64,000 nucleotides of DNA, from the NCBI GenBank assembly GCA_965216565.1, contig OZ244170.1, positions 3,296,001 to 3,360,000 of the forward strand, written 5' to 3'. The notes below the pieces were generated by a model that was not told the DNA's origin, did no database searches, and was given only the letters and a program-made list of their open reading frames with translations. The position numbers and the translations under genes were made by a program. The first letter of the stretch is position 1, and each line of letters opens with the position of its first letter. Source of the stretch: Bythopirellula sp. (GTDB taxonomy: Bacteria > Planctomycetota > Planctomycetia > Pirellulales > Lacipirellulaceae). Below, in pieces: positions 41,705 through 51,233 of this stretch.

Positions 41705-43699
41705 GTGATGAGAAGCATTCTAGGTCTCATGGCGATCGCAATGAGCTTTTACACGGACACCTCGATTAAAGCCTTCGAACGTATCAAATACAATCATCCA
41801 GGACTCACGGTCGATTTGGGAGTTGGCCTTTGGGCTTGGCCACTTCCCATGGACTGGGACAGCGATGGCGACCTGGACCTGATTGTCTCATGCCCCGACA
41901 AACCGTATCACGGTAGCTATTTCTTTGAAAACACGGGAGATGATTCAAGACTTCCCGTATTCCAAGCCGGTGTTCGAGTAAGCGGTGGAGTCAAGAATGC
42001 ACAGGTCTCCTATGTGAACGGTCAGCCGCGTGTACTGAAAGGACAAAACCCAGACAGAGGACGCTGCGTTGAATTCGTAAACTTTCTGGGTGAAGGTTTC
42101 AACGAATCACACGAGTTAGATTATCCGGCCGTAAAAGTTGGCGAAGGACGCGTACGGGCGAATCAATGGAAATATGTAGATTTCGACGATGATGGTGCGC
42201 TGGACTTGATCCATGGCGCCGGATTCTGGGGCGACTATGGTTGGGATAATGCCTTCGATAGTGAAGGAGAATGGCAACGCGGTCCGCTTCACGGCTATGT
42301 GTACGTCTTGCGGAACAAAGGATCGAATAAACAACCCGACTACGAAACTGCATATCGGCTGCAGGCGGCGGGCAAAGACGTGGATGTCTACGGAATGCCT
42401 TCGCCCAACTTTGCCGATTTTGATGGCGATGGAGATCTTGATCTTCTATGTGGCGAGTTTCTGGATGGTTTTACGTACTTCGAAAACGTCGGCACAAGAT
42501 CGAAACCGGAATACTCGGCTGGCGTCTATCTAACGAATGCAGGCAAAAAGGTTGCCATGCATGTGCAGATGATTACACCCGTAGCTATTGACTGGGATCG
42601 TGACGGTGACATCGATCTGGTTTGCGGTGATGAGGATGGACGAGTCGCATTTGTGGAAAACACCGGAGCGATTGAAGATGGCACTCCGCTCTTCGAACAA
42701 CCTGTCTATTTCCAACAAGTCGCCGAGGACGTCAAATTCGGGGCGCTAGTAACCCCGTTTGGGGTCGATTGGGATAACGACGGAGATGAAGATCTGATTT
42801 GCGGGAATACCTCTGGCAATATTGGATTCATCGAGAATCTAGATGGAGGCTATCCACCCAAATGGGCGGCACCGGAACTATTGGTTAGCGAGGGTGAAAC
42901 GATTCACATTCAGGCGGGGCCTACTGGTTCGATCCAGGGTCCTTGCGAGGCCAAGTGGGGGTACACGGTTCTAAACGTCGCAGATTGGGACCACGACGGG
43001 CTTCACGATTTAGTCGTCAACAGCATTTGGGGCAAAGTCATTTGGTACAAGAACACAGGTACCAAACACGAACCGCAACTTGCAGCCGCTCGACCTGTCC
43101 AAGTCGAATGGGCAGATGAACCCATGAAACCTACCTGGAATTGGTGGAATCCAGACTCGCATGAATTAGTCACTCAATGGCGCACTACACCTTGCGTGAT
43201 CGATTGGGACAAAGATGGGCTCAACGATTTGGTGATGTTGGACCACGAAGGATACCTGGCACTCTTTAAGCGAGTTGAACGCGACAATCAACTCATGCTT
43301 TTGCCCGGCAAGCGTATATTTCACGGAGGTACCTTCGATAACAAGCACAAGATCGTTGAAACTAGTATTGAAGATAAAGAACGTGCACTGCTCCGCTTAA
43401 CTAGAAATCAGGCCGGTGCCTCGGGAAGACGCAAGCTTTGCTTCTCTGACTGGACTGGTGATGGCAACTTAGATTTACTCGTCAATAGCGAGAACACGAA
43501 CCTACTTGAGAATGTCGGCACAAGAGACGGCAAGATTCTGTTCAAAGACAGAGGCAAGCTGGGCACACGTACCTTGGCTGGGCATAGTACATGTCCGACG
43601 ACTGTTGATTGGAATCGGGATGGAAAACCGGACTTAGTATGTGGTGCCGAAGATGGACGTCTTTACTATTTGCAGAACCCAAACTCGGAAGAGAAGTAG
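41705..43699 (+). CDS. Secreted FG-GAP/VCBS-repeat protein
   Basis: Many D[WF]DxDGDxDL repeats; YNHPGLTVDLGVGLWAWP; signal peptide. Confidence 0.85.
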   Translation: MMRSILGLMAIAMSFYTDTSIKAFERIKYNHPGLTVDLGVGLWAWPLPMDWDSDGDLDLIVSCPDKPYHGSYFFENTGDDSRLPVFQAGVRVSGGVKNAQVSYVNGQPRVLKGQNPDRGRCVEFVNFLGEGFNESHELDYPAVKVGEGRVRANQWKYVDFDDDGALDLIHGAGFWGDYGWDNAFDSEGEWQRGPLHGYVYVLRNKGSNKQPDYETAYRLQAAGKDVDVYGMPSPNFADFDGDGDLDLLCGEFLDGFTYFENVGTRSKPEYSAGVYLTNAGKKVAMHVQMITPVAIDWDRDGDIDLVCGDEDGRVAFVENTGAIEDGTPLFEQPVYFQQVAEDVKFGALVTPFGVDWDNDGDEDLICGNTSGNIGFIENLDGGYPPKWAAPELLVSEGETIHIQAGPTGSIQGPCEAKWGYTVLNVADWDHDGLHDLVVNSIWGKVIWYKNTGTKHEPQLAAARPVQVEWADEPMKPTWNWWNPDSHELVTQWRTTPCVIDWDKDGLNDLVMLDHEGYLALFKRVERDNQLMLLPGKRIFHGGTFDNKHKIVETSIEDKERALLRLTRNQAGASGRRKLCFSDWTGDGNLDLLVNSENTNLLENVGTRDGKILFKDRGKLGTRTLAGHSTCPTTVDWNRDGKPDLVCGAEDGRLYYLQNPNSEEK

Positions 43700-43758
43700 T
43701 TCTCAGTAAGCTACTCGTGCCCAGCAGAATTCACGCTTAGAAAGAGTAATTAGTCGCT

Positions 43759-45144
43759 ATGAGAATCTGTGTTGTTCAAACCCTCCTTATCGCTGCCTTA
43801 TTTGGTGACTTAGCTAGCGCAGACGAAAATATCACGGCGTCGACGAGTGCGACGATTGCGCAGCTACAAAAGAAGACTGGAAAAGAAGGATCGACAAACA
43901 CGTTGCTGGGTTATGAGAATCCCGGAGATGGCGGCGGCGGACTTTTCTATTGGTCCTCTAATGCACCGAAGCCAATTGATGGGGGGACAATCGTTCGTTG
44001 CAACAATGGCGGGGCGTGGGTTCGGATTTTCAACGGACCGGTACATGCTGCTTGGTTTGGCGTATTGCCAACAGCGGAAAGGGACACTCTAACTCAAGAA
44101 GAGGTTGACCGTACTACCCATCGGTTAGAGCAGGCACTCCATGCAGCCGCTGGTGACACCTTGCGATTCGGGCAAGGCACATTCTATCTGTCTAAAACGC
44201 TCATCATTCCACCTAATACGCTGATAACAGGAGCAGGCCCACAAGATATTTGGACGCGCAGCCCAGGTGGCACGACAATACGACCATATGGGCCAGGAAA
44301 AGCCCAATTATGGCAAGACACGGGTGTGAAAGAGAACGATATGCTCCGGCCTCTATTCGTATGTGGCGGTAGCAATGTCCGATTTCGAGAAATAGGACTT
44401 CTTACTCAAGCCGACGAAAAGTCGGGCTCCACGGCATGGGATGTTGGCATTTTGCTACCAGCAACAAAACGCTGCTCGATCGACCACGTCAGCATCAGAG
44501 GTTATTGGCAAGTAGCCGCCTGTCTGCTCGATGCGACTTGGTCGGACAGGCACAAACGTATGATTGCTCTGCACAAGGGGCGAATAACGCCATCGTCGAT
44601 GAACGAATGTACAATCCTCCGTTGTTTTCTCTCAGGCAAATGGGGAGTTATGATTCGCGGAGCAGACAAGAGAGTCTATGACCCACGAGACTTTCGAGAT
44701 TACGACAAAACAGGAATGTCTGAACGTTGGGACGAGTGGATTTGGTCCTATGGTGGCACCTCCGATATTGAAATCATCAGTTGTCGAATCGAAGGAAAAG
44801 CTCCCAAAAGTCTACAGCACCTAGATGGAGGTGCATTCTACAGCGATGCCCCAATGGTAAATGGTGCGGCTGCTGGACAGGGGCACCGTATTATTGGTTG
44901 CAATTTACGTACGAACACCCGTTACATGGTTAAGCTCGGCTCCTCTAATCGAGATACTTTTATCGGCTGCTATTTTGAGGGCGGCTGGTGCGACCGACAA
45001 CCGAACGGCAAGTGCCAAGAGGCCCCCTCGTTTATGACAAACGACGCAGAACATACTGGCCAGACGCGCTTTATTGACTGTCGTTTCACAACTTGCGATA
45101 TCAAGTCGGAGTGGAACTATAAGAAGACACACACTTGGCCGTGA
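43759..45144 (+). CDS. Secreted right-handed beta-helix (pectin-lyase-fold, tailspike-like) protein
   Basis: Signal peptide; LGYENPGDGGGGLFYW..DGGTIV..GAWVR; AAWFG; GTFYLS; Cys/Ile-ladder repeats. Confidence 0.6.
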   Translation: MRICVVQTLLIAALFGDLASADENITASTSATIAQLQKKTGKEGSTNTLLGYENPGDGGGGLFYWSSNAPKPIDGGTIVRCNNGGAWVRIFNGPVHAAWFGVLPTAERDTLTQEEVDRTTHRLEQALHAAAGDTLRFGQGTFYLSKTLIIPPNTLITGAGPQDIWTRSPGGTTIRPYGPGKAQLWQDTGVKENDMLRPLFVCGGSNVRFREIGLLTQADEKSGSTAWDVGILLPATKRCSIDHVSIRGYWQVAACLLDATWSDRHKRMIALHKGRITPSSMNECTILRCFLSGKWGVMIRGADKRVYDPRDFRDYDKTGMSERWDEWIWSYGGTSDIEIISCRIEGKAPKSLQHLDGGAFYSDAPMVNGAAAGQGHRIIGCNLRTNTRYMVKLGSSNRDTFIGCYFEGGWCDRQPNGKCQEAPSFMTNDAEHTGQTRFIDCRFTTCDIKSEWNYKKTHTWP

Positions 45145-45263
45145 CCAGAACAAGTAGCTTTGTCTGGCACAAGGGCAACTCAAGATAGGTCAGGGATTAG
45201 TCTTTGCTTCACTCCGCGCCATATCGCCATGCGATCCAATGCTGAAATCAGGAGAGTGCAATC

Positions 45264-48200
45264 GTGACATCAAAGAATATGGTATTGTTGGCCTTATTTG
45301 GAATTGCTCTCGACCTACATTTTACTAGCTCCGCAGTTGCAGACCTGCTACCGCCTAATACTCTCCGGATAAGCGAAGGGTTTAAGAACCCTCTTGGCTT
45401 CTATGACAAGGAACCAAGCTTTTCTTGGCGAGTTCCCGCCGACTCACAAGTGAAAAGCCAAAGCGCTTACCGTATCGTCGTCGCAAGCGACCCCGCACTT
45501 TTGCCAGAAAAGGCTGATTTGTGGGACACGGGTAAAACAGACTCAAACCAATCCGTCTGGGTGCGCTACTCGGGGCACTCGCTTGACTCTCGGAACTTAG
45601 TCTACTGGCAGGTGAAGTATTGGGATGAGAAGGATCGCCAGTCCTCCTGGAGTGAACAAGCGCATTTCGAGTTGGGCTTGCTCAATAACAGCGATTGGAA
45701 AGGCAAGTGGATACAAATGCAGGGCCCTAAGGCCTTTCCTCCTCCGCAAGTATGGTTAGAAGACCCTCAGCAAAGAGATCGCGAGGGTATAAATATAACG
45801 ATCAACCGTGCTGAATACGGAATCCACACCGCAAATGGCGAGACGGTTGATATTTCCGACTCAATTCGGCAGATGGTACATCAAGACAAATACCTTCTTC
45901 AAGTGTCTGATCGGTTAGCCAAGCAGAGCACTTTTTCTGCTGGCGAAGCGAAACTGTTGATTGATTACGATCTCAATCTCAAGCATGTTCGTAAACTGCT
46001 TACCCAAGGGACCACGTTCAATTTACTATCGCGAGAAGAGTATGTGACCCTTGTTCCGGAATATTTCCGAAAGCAGTTCGAGCTGACTGGCCCCATAAAG
46101 AAGGCAAGGTTGTACATTACCGCTCGCGGACTCTATCAGGTCCACATCAACGGCGAGCGTATTGGTGAAGATCATATGACGCCTGGTTGGACAACGTATA
46201 ACAGTTGGATTGAATCGCTCACTTACGATGTAACCGAACAACTTCGCAAAGGGAATAACGTCATTGCTGCCATTCTGAGTGAGGGTTGGTATGCCGGTCG
46301 CATTGGCAGTCCAGGTAAATATACCGAAACCCATCCAGAGCTCCTCTGTCAACTGGAAGTTACGTTTTCAAATGGGAAGAAAAAGGTCATTGTGACTGAT
46401 CGGAATTGGAAGGCCACCAACCAAGGACCAATTCGTGTCTCCAGCATCTTCGATGGCGAGGTCTACGATGCAAGAAAAGAGATGGCTGGATGGAAGTCTA
46501 CCGGATTCGATGATTCTCAGTGGAGCCCAGTCACTGCATCTGACCTTGATCCGAACGTTTCAATTGCTCCTAAACAACAGCCACCCGTTCGCGTTACGGA
46601 GAAGATAAATGCTTTACACGTAACCGAACCTGAGCCCGGCAAGTTCGTCTTTGATTTTGGCCAAAACGTGGTAGGCAAACCAAGCATTAAGATCCCGGTG
46701 AAGAAGGGCGAGACGATCAGAATCAGATTCGCTGAAATGCTCAATCCGGGTGGGACTCTATATACTGAGAACTATCGTAGTGCACGATCCAGCGACTATT
46801 ACGTAGCAGCAAGTGACAAGTCGATTACCTGGGAACCTACGTTCACCTTTCATGGTTTTCGCTATGTCGAGCTGTCCGGATTCTCAACTGATGTCGGGCC
46901 TCAATCTAATTGGGTAACGACTCATGTGTTGCATACGGACTTTGAAAGAACCGGAAGGTTCACCAGTTCACATGAGAAGCTCAATAGACTGCAAGAGAAT
47001 ATTATCTGGGGCCAAAGGGGAAATTTCCTAGATATACCGACCGATTGCCCCCAGCGGGACGAACGCCAAGGCTGGACAGGTGATGCACAAATCTTCTGTC
47101 CCACGTCGTTATTCAACTACGACACCCATGCATTTTGGAAAAGCTGGTTGCGTAGTATGCGAGCAAATCAACGCGAAGATGGCATTATCCCTTGGATTGT
47201 ACCTTCCAGTAGAGAGTTCAAGAAATTTGGTAGCGCAGCCTGGGGAGACGCAGCGGTTGTCGTGCCGTGGGAAGTTTATCTTCGAACAGGTGATGTTTCA
47301 GTACTTGAAGAAAACTATCGGATGATGCGGCGCTGGGTTGCAGCATACGAGCCTGATGCGAAAAATCACATAGTTAATCGCGATGGATTTGGAGATTGGC
47401 TGCAACCGTACTCAAAGGGGGATCTTCAAAAGAAACGCGGAGTATTAGTTGGTGAAACTGCTTTGGAATTGATCGCCACAGCGTACTACGGGCGAGGGAC
47501 AGAAATCATGCAGCAGGTCGCGTCAGTTCTAGGGCGTGACGAGGATGCCAATTTTTACAAAGAAGAAAGGTCAAAGATCCGCGATGCCTTTTCCCGTGAG
47601 TTTTTCGACCAGCAGGGGCGACTTACTACCAAATTTGAAACGCAAACCGGTTATCTACTGGCTCTCGCATTCGATTTGCTCAAGCCTAGTCTTAAGGCAG
47701 GAGCGATTCGAAACTTATTGCGTGAGGTCGACGAGGGTGATGGACACCTCCGTACAGGTTTCGTTGGCACACCCTTGCTCGCACCAGTTCTCGACGAGAA
47801 TGGCCACTCTGCAAGGGCTTACAGCATCCTTTTCAAGGAGTCATACCCTTCCTGGTTCTTTTCGATAAATCAGGGTGCAACGACTATGTGGGAACGCTGG
47901 AATAGTTTCAGTCATGCAGATGGCTTTGGCGATGCCAAGATGAACTCTTTCAATCATTACGCCTACGGAGCTATCGGCCAATGGATGTATGAGCGAGTTG
48001 CCGGCTTAGCGCCAGACTCAAAGCACCCTGGCTATAAGCATTTCTTCATTCAGCCGATACCCGGCGGGCCCTTGACCAAAGCCCGAGCAGAGCTTGAAAC
48101 GCCCTATGGCAAGGCGGTGAGCGGTTGGCAACGAGTCGAAGATTCGATCGTGATCTACGCCACTGTTCCAACCAATTCCACAGCAACACTTATTGTACCG

Positions 48201-48341
48201 CAAATAAAAGAAGGTGAACCCAAGCTCAGTCTGGATGGTAAGCCTTGCTCGTTGGATCGGCACGATAACCAATATAGATATGAGATCGCTCCAGGTAAGT
48301 ACGAGTTCATCCTGAAAACGGGATCGTTACCACTCGAATAG
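45264..48341 (+). CDS. GH78 alpha-L-rhamnosidase
   Basis: ARLYITARGLY, DFGQN, FTFHGFRYVE, PTDCPQRDERQGWTGD, GATTMWERW, MNSFNHYAYG. Confidence 0.93.
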   Translation: MTSKNMVLLALFGIALDLHFTSSAVADLLPPNTLRISEGFKNPLGFYDKEPSFSWRVPADSQVKSQSAYRIVVASDPALLPEKADLWDTGKTDSNQSVWVRYSGHSLDSRNLVYWQVKYWDEKDRQSSWSEQAHFELGLLNNSDWKGKWIQMQGPKAFPPPQVWLEDPQQRDREGINITINRAEYGIHTANGETVDISDSIRQMVHQDKYLLQVSDRLAKQSTFSAGEAKLLIDYDLNLKHVRKLLTQGTTFNLLSREEYVTLVPEYFRKQFELTGPIKKARLYITARGLYQVHINGERIGEDHMTPGWTTYNSWIESLTYDVTEQLRKGNNVIAAILSEGWYAGRIGSPGKYTETHPELLCQLEVTFSNGKKKVIVTDRNWKATNQGPIRVSSIFDGEVYDARKEMAGWKSTGFDDSQWSPVTASDLDPNVSIAPKQQPPVRVTEKINALHVTEPEPGKFVFDFGQNVVGKPSIKIPVKKGETIRIRFAEMLNPGGTLYTENYRSARSSDYYVAASDKSITWEPTFTFHGFRYVELSGFSTDVGPQSNWVTTHVLHTDFERTGRFTSSHEKLNRLQENIIWGQRGNFLDIPTDCPQRDERQGWTGDAQIFCPTSLFNYDTHAFWKSWLRSMRANQREDGIIPWIVPSSREFKKFGSAAWGDAAVVVPWEVYLRTGDVSVLEENYRMMRRWVAAYEPDAKNHIVNRDGFGDWLQPYSKGDLQKKRGVLVGETALELIATAYYGRGTEIMQQVASVLGRDEDANFYKEERSKIRDAFSREFFDQQGRLTTKFETQTGYLLALAFDLLKPSLKAGAIRNLLREVDEGDGHLRTGFVGTPLLAPVLDENGHSARAYSILFKESYPSWFFSINQGATTMWERWNSFSHADGFGDAKMNSFNHYAYGAIGQWMYERVAGLAPDSKHPGYKHFFIQPIPGGPLTKARAELETPYGKAVSGWQRVEDSIVIYATVPTNSTATLIVPQIKEGEPKLSLDGKPCSLDRHDNQYRYEIAPGKYEFILKTGSLPLE

Positions 48342-49370
48342 AAGATTCTGGATGACTCAATGAGTTTGAGGTTCCAGTGCATGGAAAACCTCTCTCAAAA
48401 GTGTTCGTGCAGCCCCGTACTTTTCAGTTAGTGTGTCGGTCAATTAGCATTCTGTTCGATTGGAGCAAAACGTTGTACTTGTATGCTATTGCCAGTCGCA
48501 TTTTATCCCATGAAATTTAAACTGTACTACCATCAGCTGGGTTGGGCGGTAAAGCAGTCTCGAGCAGTTATTGGCGTAGGAGAATTTCTTCTACGCTGAT
48601 ATCCAAATCGTTGATTCCCTCCCTAACGTCACTCTAGAGACGAAGGCCTGCCAATCGAGGGAGTAATCTTGCTGTCAATTCGATGACAAGCAAACTGCTT
48701 GAATAAGCACTAGTCGGCTCAGGCATGCTGATGGCACTAACCTTTTCTAACCTATGCCAGCTCATTGCACCTCGCCTCAGTGATTTCGACCGAAGCTAGG
48801 AATAGCAGTACCTGTACCTGCTTCGGTTGAGCACTCCGAAAGCATTTAGAATGGAGCTACAACTCTTGGGATGCCCCCACACGCGTGACTAGCGACATAC
48901 CTTACCTAGTTGCGAGATACACCACCCCTGCCATGAATGGGAGCTAAGAGTTTATAGATCTAACGCGGGTGGTCACCTTGTCCAGGTGTATAACTAGGGC
49001 GTGTGTCTGCCGAACAATACAAAGAAGAAAGCAAGAGATACCGACTTTCTACGAAAGTTACAGCTACTTACCCAGAGTGGCACTGATTTGGTCAGCGGTG
49101 AGAGAGAGCATATACTACCCCTTAATCCAGAAGCCCCCGGGAGGTGTGGTAAAAACTTCTGAGTAACCGGCAATCTGGAACGAGAAAGTTGTCTTTGTCC
49201 CATGACAGTTTTCTCGATACATATCATCAAAGAATCTGTATCAGGCCCATTACACTTTACAAATGACTCCGAGACCCTACTGAAACAAGTCTTGTTCAGT
49301 TCGGATTACGATCGAACCTAGCCCAGAGACTGGTCACTGCCCGATGACAAGTATTCACTCCTGAGAGACT

Positions 49371-49416
49371 AAAAAGAGCTGAGGAACGAACAACAATCAA
49401 GTGCCGACCTCAGCTC
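49371..49416 (-). terminator. Possible terminator downstream of the integrase
   Basis: gagctgagg/cctcagctc 9-bp stem followed by a T run on the minus strand; the 23-nt loop is long. Confidence 0.3.
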
Positions 49417-49445
49417 GCTGGAATCTCGAGCTAGACCACTTTGGA

Positions 49446-50624
49446 TTACCCAATCTGTTGTGCCACTTTGATCCCTTTGGCCAAATCCCGCTCCGCATAG
49501 ACCTGAGTGACGTCGGCCGTGCTGTGCCCTAGCACGATCTGAGCAGCCTCCAGGCCGAATTTACGCCGTATCTCGGTCGCAGCCGAGTGTCGGAGTCGAT
49601 TGGGACTCCATTGCTCAACACCTGCTTTCTTGCAGGCATAATGGATAGCACGACGGTAGCTACCCGTGGTGTAGTGATCTTGGGGCTTCTTCTTTGGTTT
49701 CTTCTTGCGGTTAGTTCCTGGACGGTTGCCACAACTTAGCGGGGTCTGACGCGCAGCGTGTTGGGCTGCTCTCCGCTTCGCCTCGCTGTCACGCCGCTGA
49801 AAGCAGTACTCTTCTGCTGCTCTTACCAGATATTTGAGCAAGATATCCTGGGATCTTGGTCCAAAACACACTACTCGATCTCTACCATGGTGCTGAGTCT
49901 TATGGGTAGCTGGCCGATACAACCAGACTTCCTCAGCACGCTCGATGTCGCAAGGCCGTAGCTGGCAGACCTCGGCAGGTCGCATACCCGTGAGACGTTG
50001 CAGCCGCACCATGTCGGCAACGGTCGATGAAAGGCTTTCCAATGTGTCATCCACGACGCAGTCCTCAACGGGCATGACTGGGGCATTATCTCGAGCCTCA
50101 GACCGCCCATGCCGCAAGCCAGACACAGCCCTCAAGCCTTCATAGACTGCGGGGGGCACCAACTCTTCGGCCACCCCCCACTTAAACATTCGCTTGATGC
50201 GGCCAATTTGGGCATTCACATAACTCCGAGAGTTGTCGGCCTCGATCATACGCTGCCGCACAGCTTGGAGAGCAAGAGGTCCGAATTCTGAGGCTGGCGT
50301 AGTCTTGTACCAGTCCCTGAGGAACCGGAGGGCCAATTTGATATTGGGCGCTTCGCCCGTACATTTTCCGTCCTTGCTGTAGTACTTCTTAGCGTACTGC
50401 CAATAGCGGGCACAGAGCTCGATGACCGTGAGCTCATCGGTCGATCCGAGGAGCGGATTGCGACCGCTTTGCAGCCACTCACCGATAAGGCGGTCGTAGT
50501 CCAGTTTACTGGCCCGCGTGCCATGGGGGCCCAGGTAATAGTCCCTGCCATTGAGGGTGACGACAGCTTGGCCGCTAGCTCGATGCTTGCGGTACTTGGG
50601 AAGATGGTTCTTAGAGTATGGCAT
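49446..50624 (-). CDS. Tyrosine recombinase / phage-type integrase
   Basis: TGMRPAE (R), HKT (K), PNRLRH, LGH, TQVY (Y); N-terminal arm-binding-like YRKHRASGQAVVTLNGRDYYLG. Confidence 0.95.
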   Translation of the reverse strand: MPYSKNHLPKYRKHRASGQAVVTLNGRDYYLGPHGTRASKLDYDRLIGEWLQSGRNPLLGSTDELTVIELCARYWQYAKKYYSKDGKCTGEAPNIKLALRFLRDWYKTTPASEFGPLALQAVRQRMIEADNSRSYVNAQIGRIKRMFKWGVAEELVPPAVYEGLRAVSGLRHGRSEARDNAPVMPVEDCVVDDTLESLSSTVADMVRLQRLTGMRPAEVCQLRPCDIERAEEVWLYRPATHKTQHHGRDRVVCFGPRSQDILLKYLVRAAEEYCFQRRDSEAKRRAAQHAARQTPLSCGNRPGTNRKKKPKKKPQDHYTTGSYRRAIHYACKKAGVEQWSPNRLRHSAATEIRRKFGLEAAQIVLGHSTADVTQVYAERDLAKGIKVAQQIG

Positions 50625-50649
50625 AGCGCAGGTCTCCTAGTTTCTCAGC

Positions 50650-50670
50650 CCAGAAACGGTATGTACCGTT
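50650..50670. promoter_or_regulatory. Palindromic site ccagaAACGGTA-tg-TACCGTT upstream of the integrase
   Basis: Matches 13960-13980; about 25 bp upstream of the int start codon. Confidence 0.55.
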
Positions 50671-50706
50671 CTTGAGCCTTAGGAAACGCCGCGCTGCCGA
50701 TCATCG

Positions 50707-50790
50707 GCAGGTAACAGAAACTCTTGCTTCGGCAGTAGTTAAGTAAAGTATCCCCGAGTGGATTCGAACCACTAACCTTCGGCTTCGGAG
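50707..50790. repeat. Right att direct repeat
   Basis: 80/84 identical to 13738-13821. Confidence 0.95.
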
Positions 50791-50822
50791 GCCGACACTC
50801 TATCCAGTTGAGCTACGGGGAC
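50749..50822 (-). tRNA. tRNA-Arg(CCG), CCA not encoded
   Basis: GTCCCCGTAGCTCAACTGGATAGAGTGTCGGCCTCCGAAGCCGAAGGTTAGTGGTTCGAATCCACTCGGGGATA folds as a cloverleaf. Confidence 0.97.
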
Positions 50823-50864
50823 GCGGATTGTTCGGAATCATAGATTGCGGGGTGCAATGGGTAG

Positions 50865-51206
50865 CTAACCGGGGGGCCATTTCATAGGACGCCCACCCAT
50901 TAGATGAAAGTGCAAATGGTCGACCGTTTGACCACCGTCTTTGCCGCAGTTCACAGTAACGCGGTACCCATTGTCTAATTCCAGTTGCTTTGCCACATCG
51001 CGGATCACCTGCCACAGGTGACCCATCAAGAGAGCGTCTTCCTCGGCGAGGTCGTCGATCGACGGGATAGGTTTTTTCGGAATTACCAACACATGGGTCG
51101 GTGCCTCTGGATTGATGTCGCGAAATGCCAGACATTTTTCGTCTTCGAAGACGATGTCAGCGGGGATCTCGCGGGCAATAATTTTTTCGAATAGCGTTTG
51201 ACTCAT
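50865..51206 (-). CDS. hinT: HIT-family nucleotide-binding protein (HinT-like)
   Basis: AFRDINPEAPTHVLVIPK, GQTVDHLHFHLMGGR. Confidence 0.93.
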   Translation of the reverse strand: MSQTLFEKIIAREIPADIVFEDEKCLAFRDINPEAPTHVLVIPKKPIPSIDDLAEEDALLMGHLWQVIRDVAKQLELDNGYRVTVNCGKDGGQTVDHLHFHLMGGRPMKWPPG

Positions 51207-51233
51207 CTTGGTGTGTCTCAATCACTTCCTAGC

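Larger units (their letters stand above)
13780..50790. mobile_element. Integrative element / genomic island in tRNA-Arg(CCG), 36,969 bp per repeat unit
   Basis: Flanking att repeats; tyrosine integrase next to the intact tRNA; DUF1580 + primase-helicase at the far end. Confidence 0.9.

Noticed and set aside
49446..50624. Inactive integrase because HxxR reads NRLR
   Set aside because: The first His is a variable position in tyrosine recombinases; R, K, R, H and Y are present and the ORF is intact.
13780..50790. Prophage or conjugative ICE
   Set aside because: No structural, lysis, terminase, relaxase or T4SS genes were recognised.
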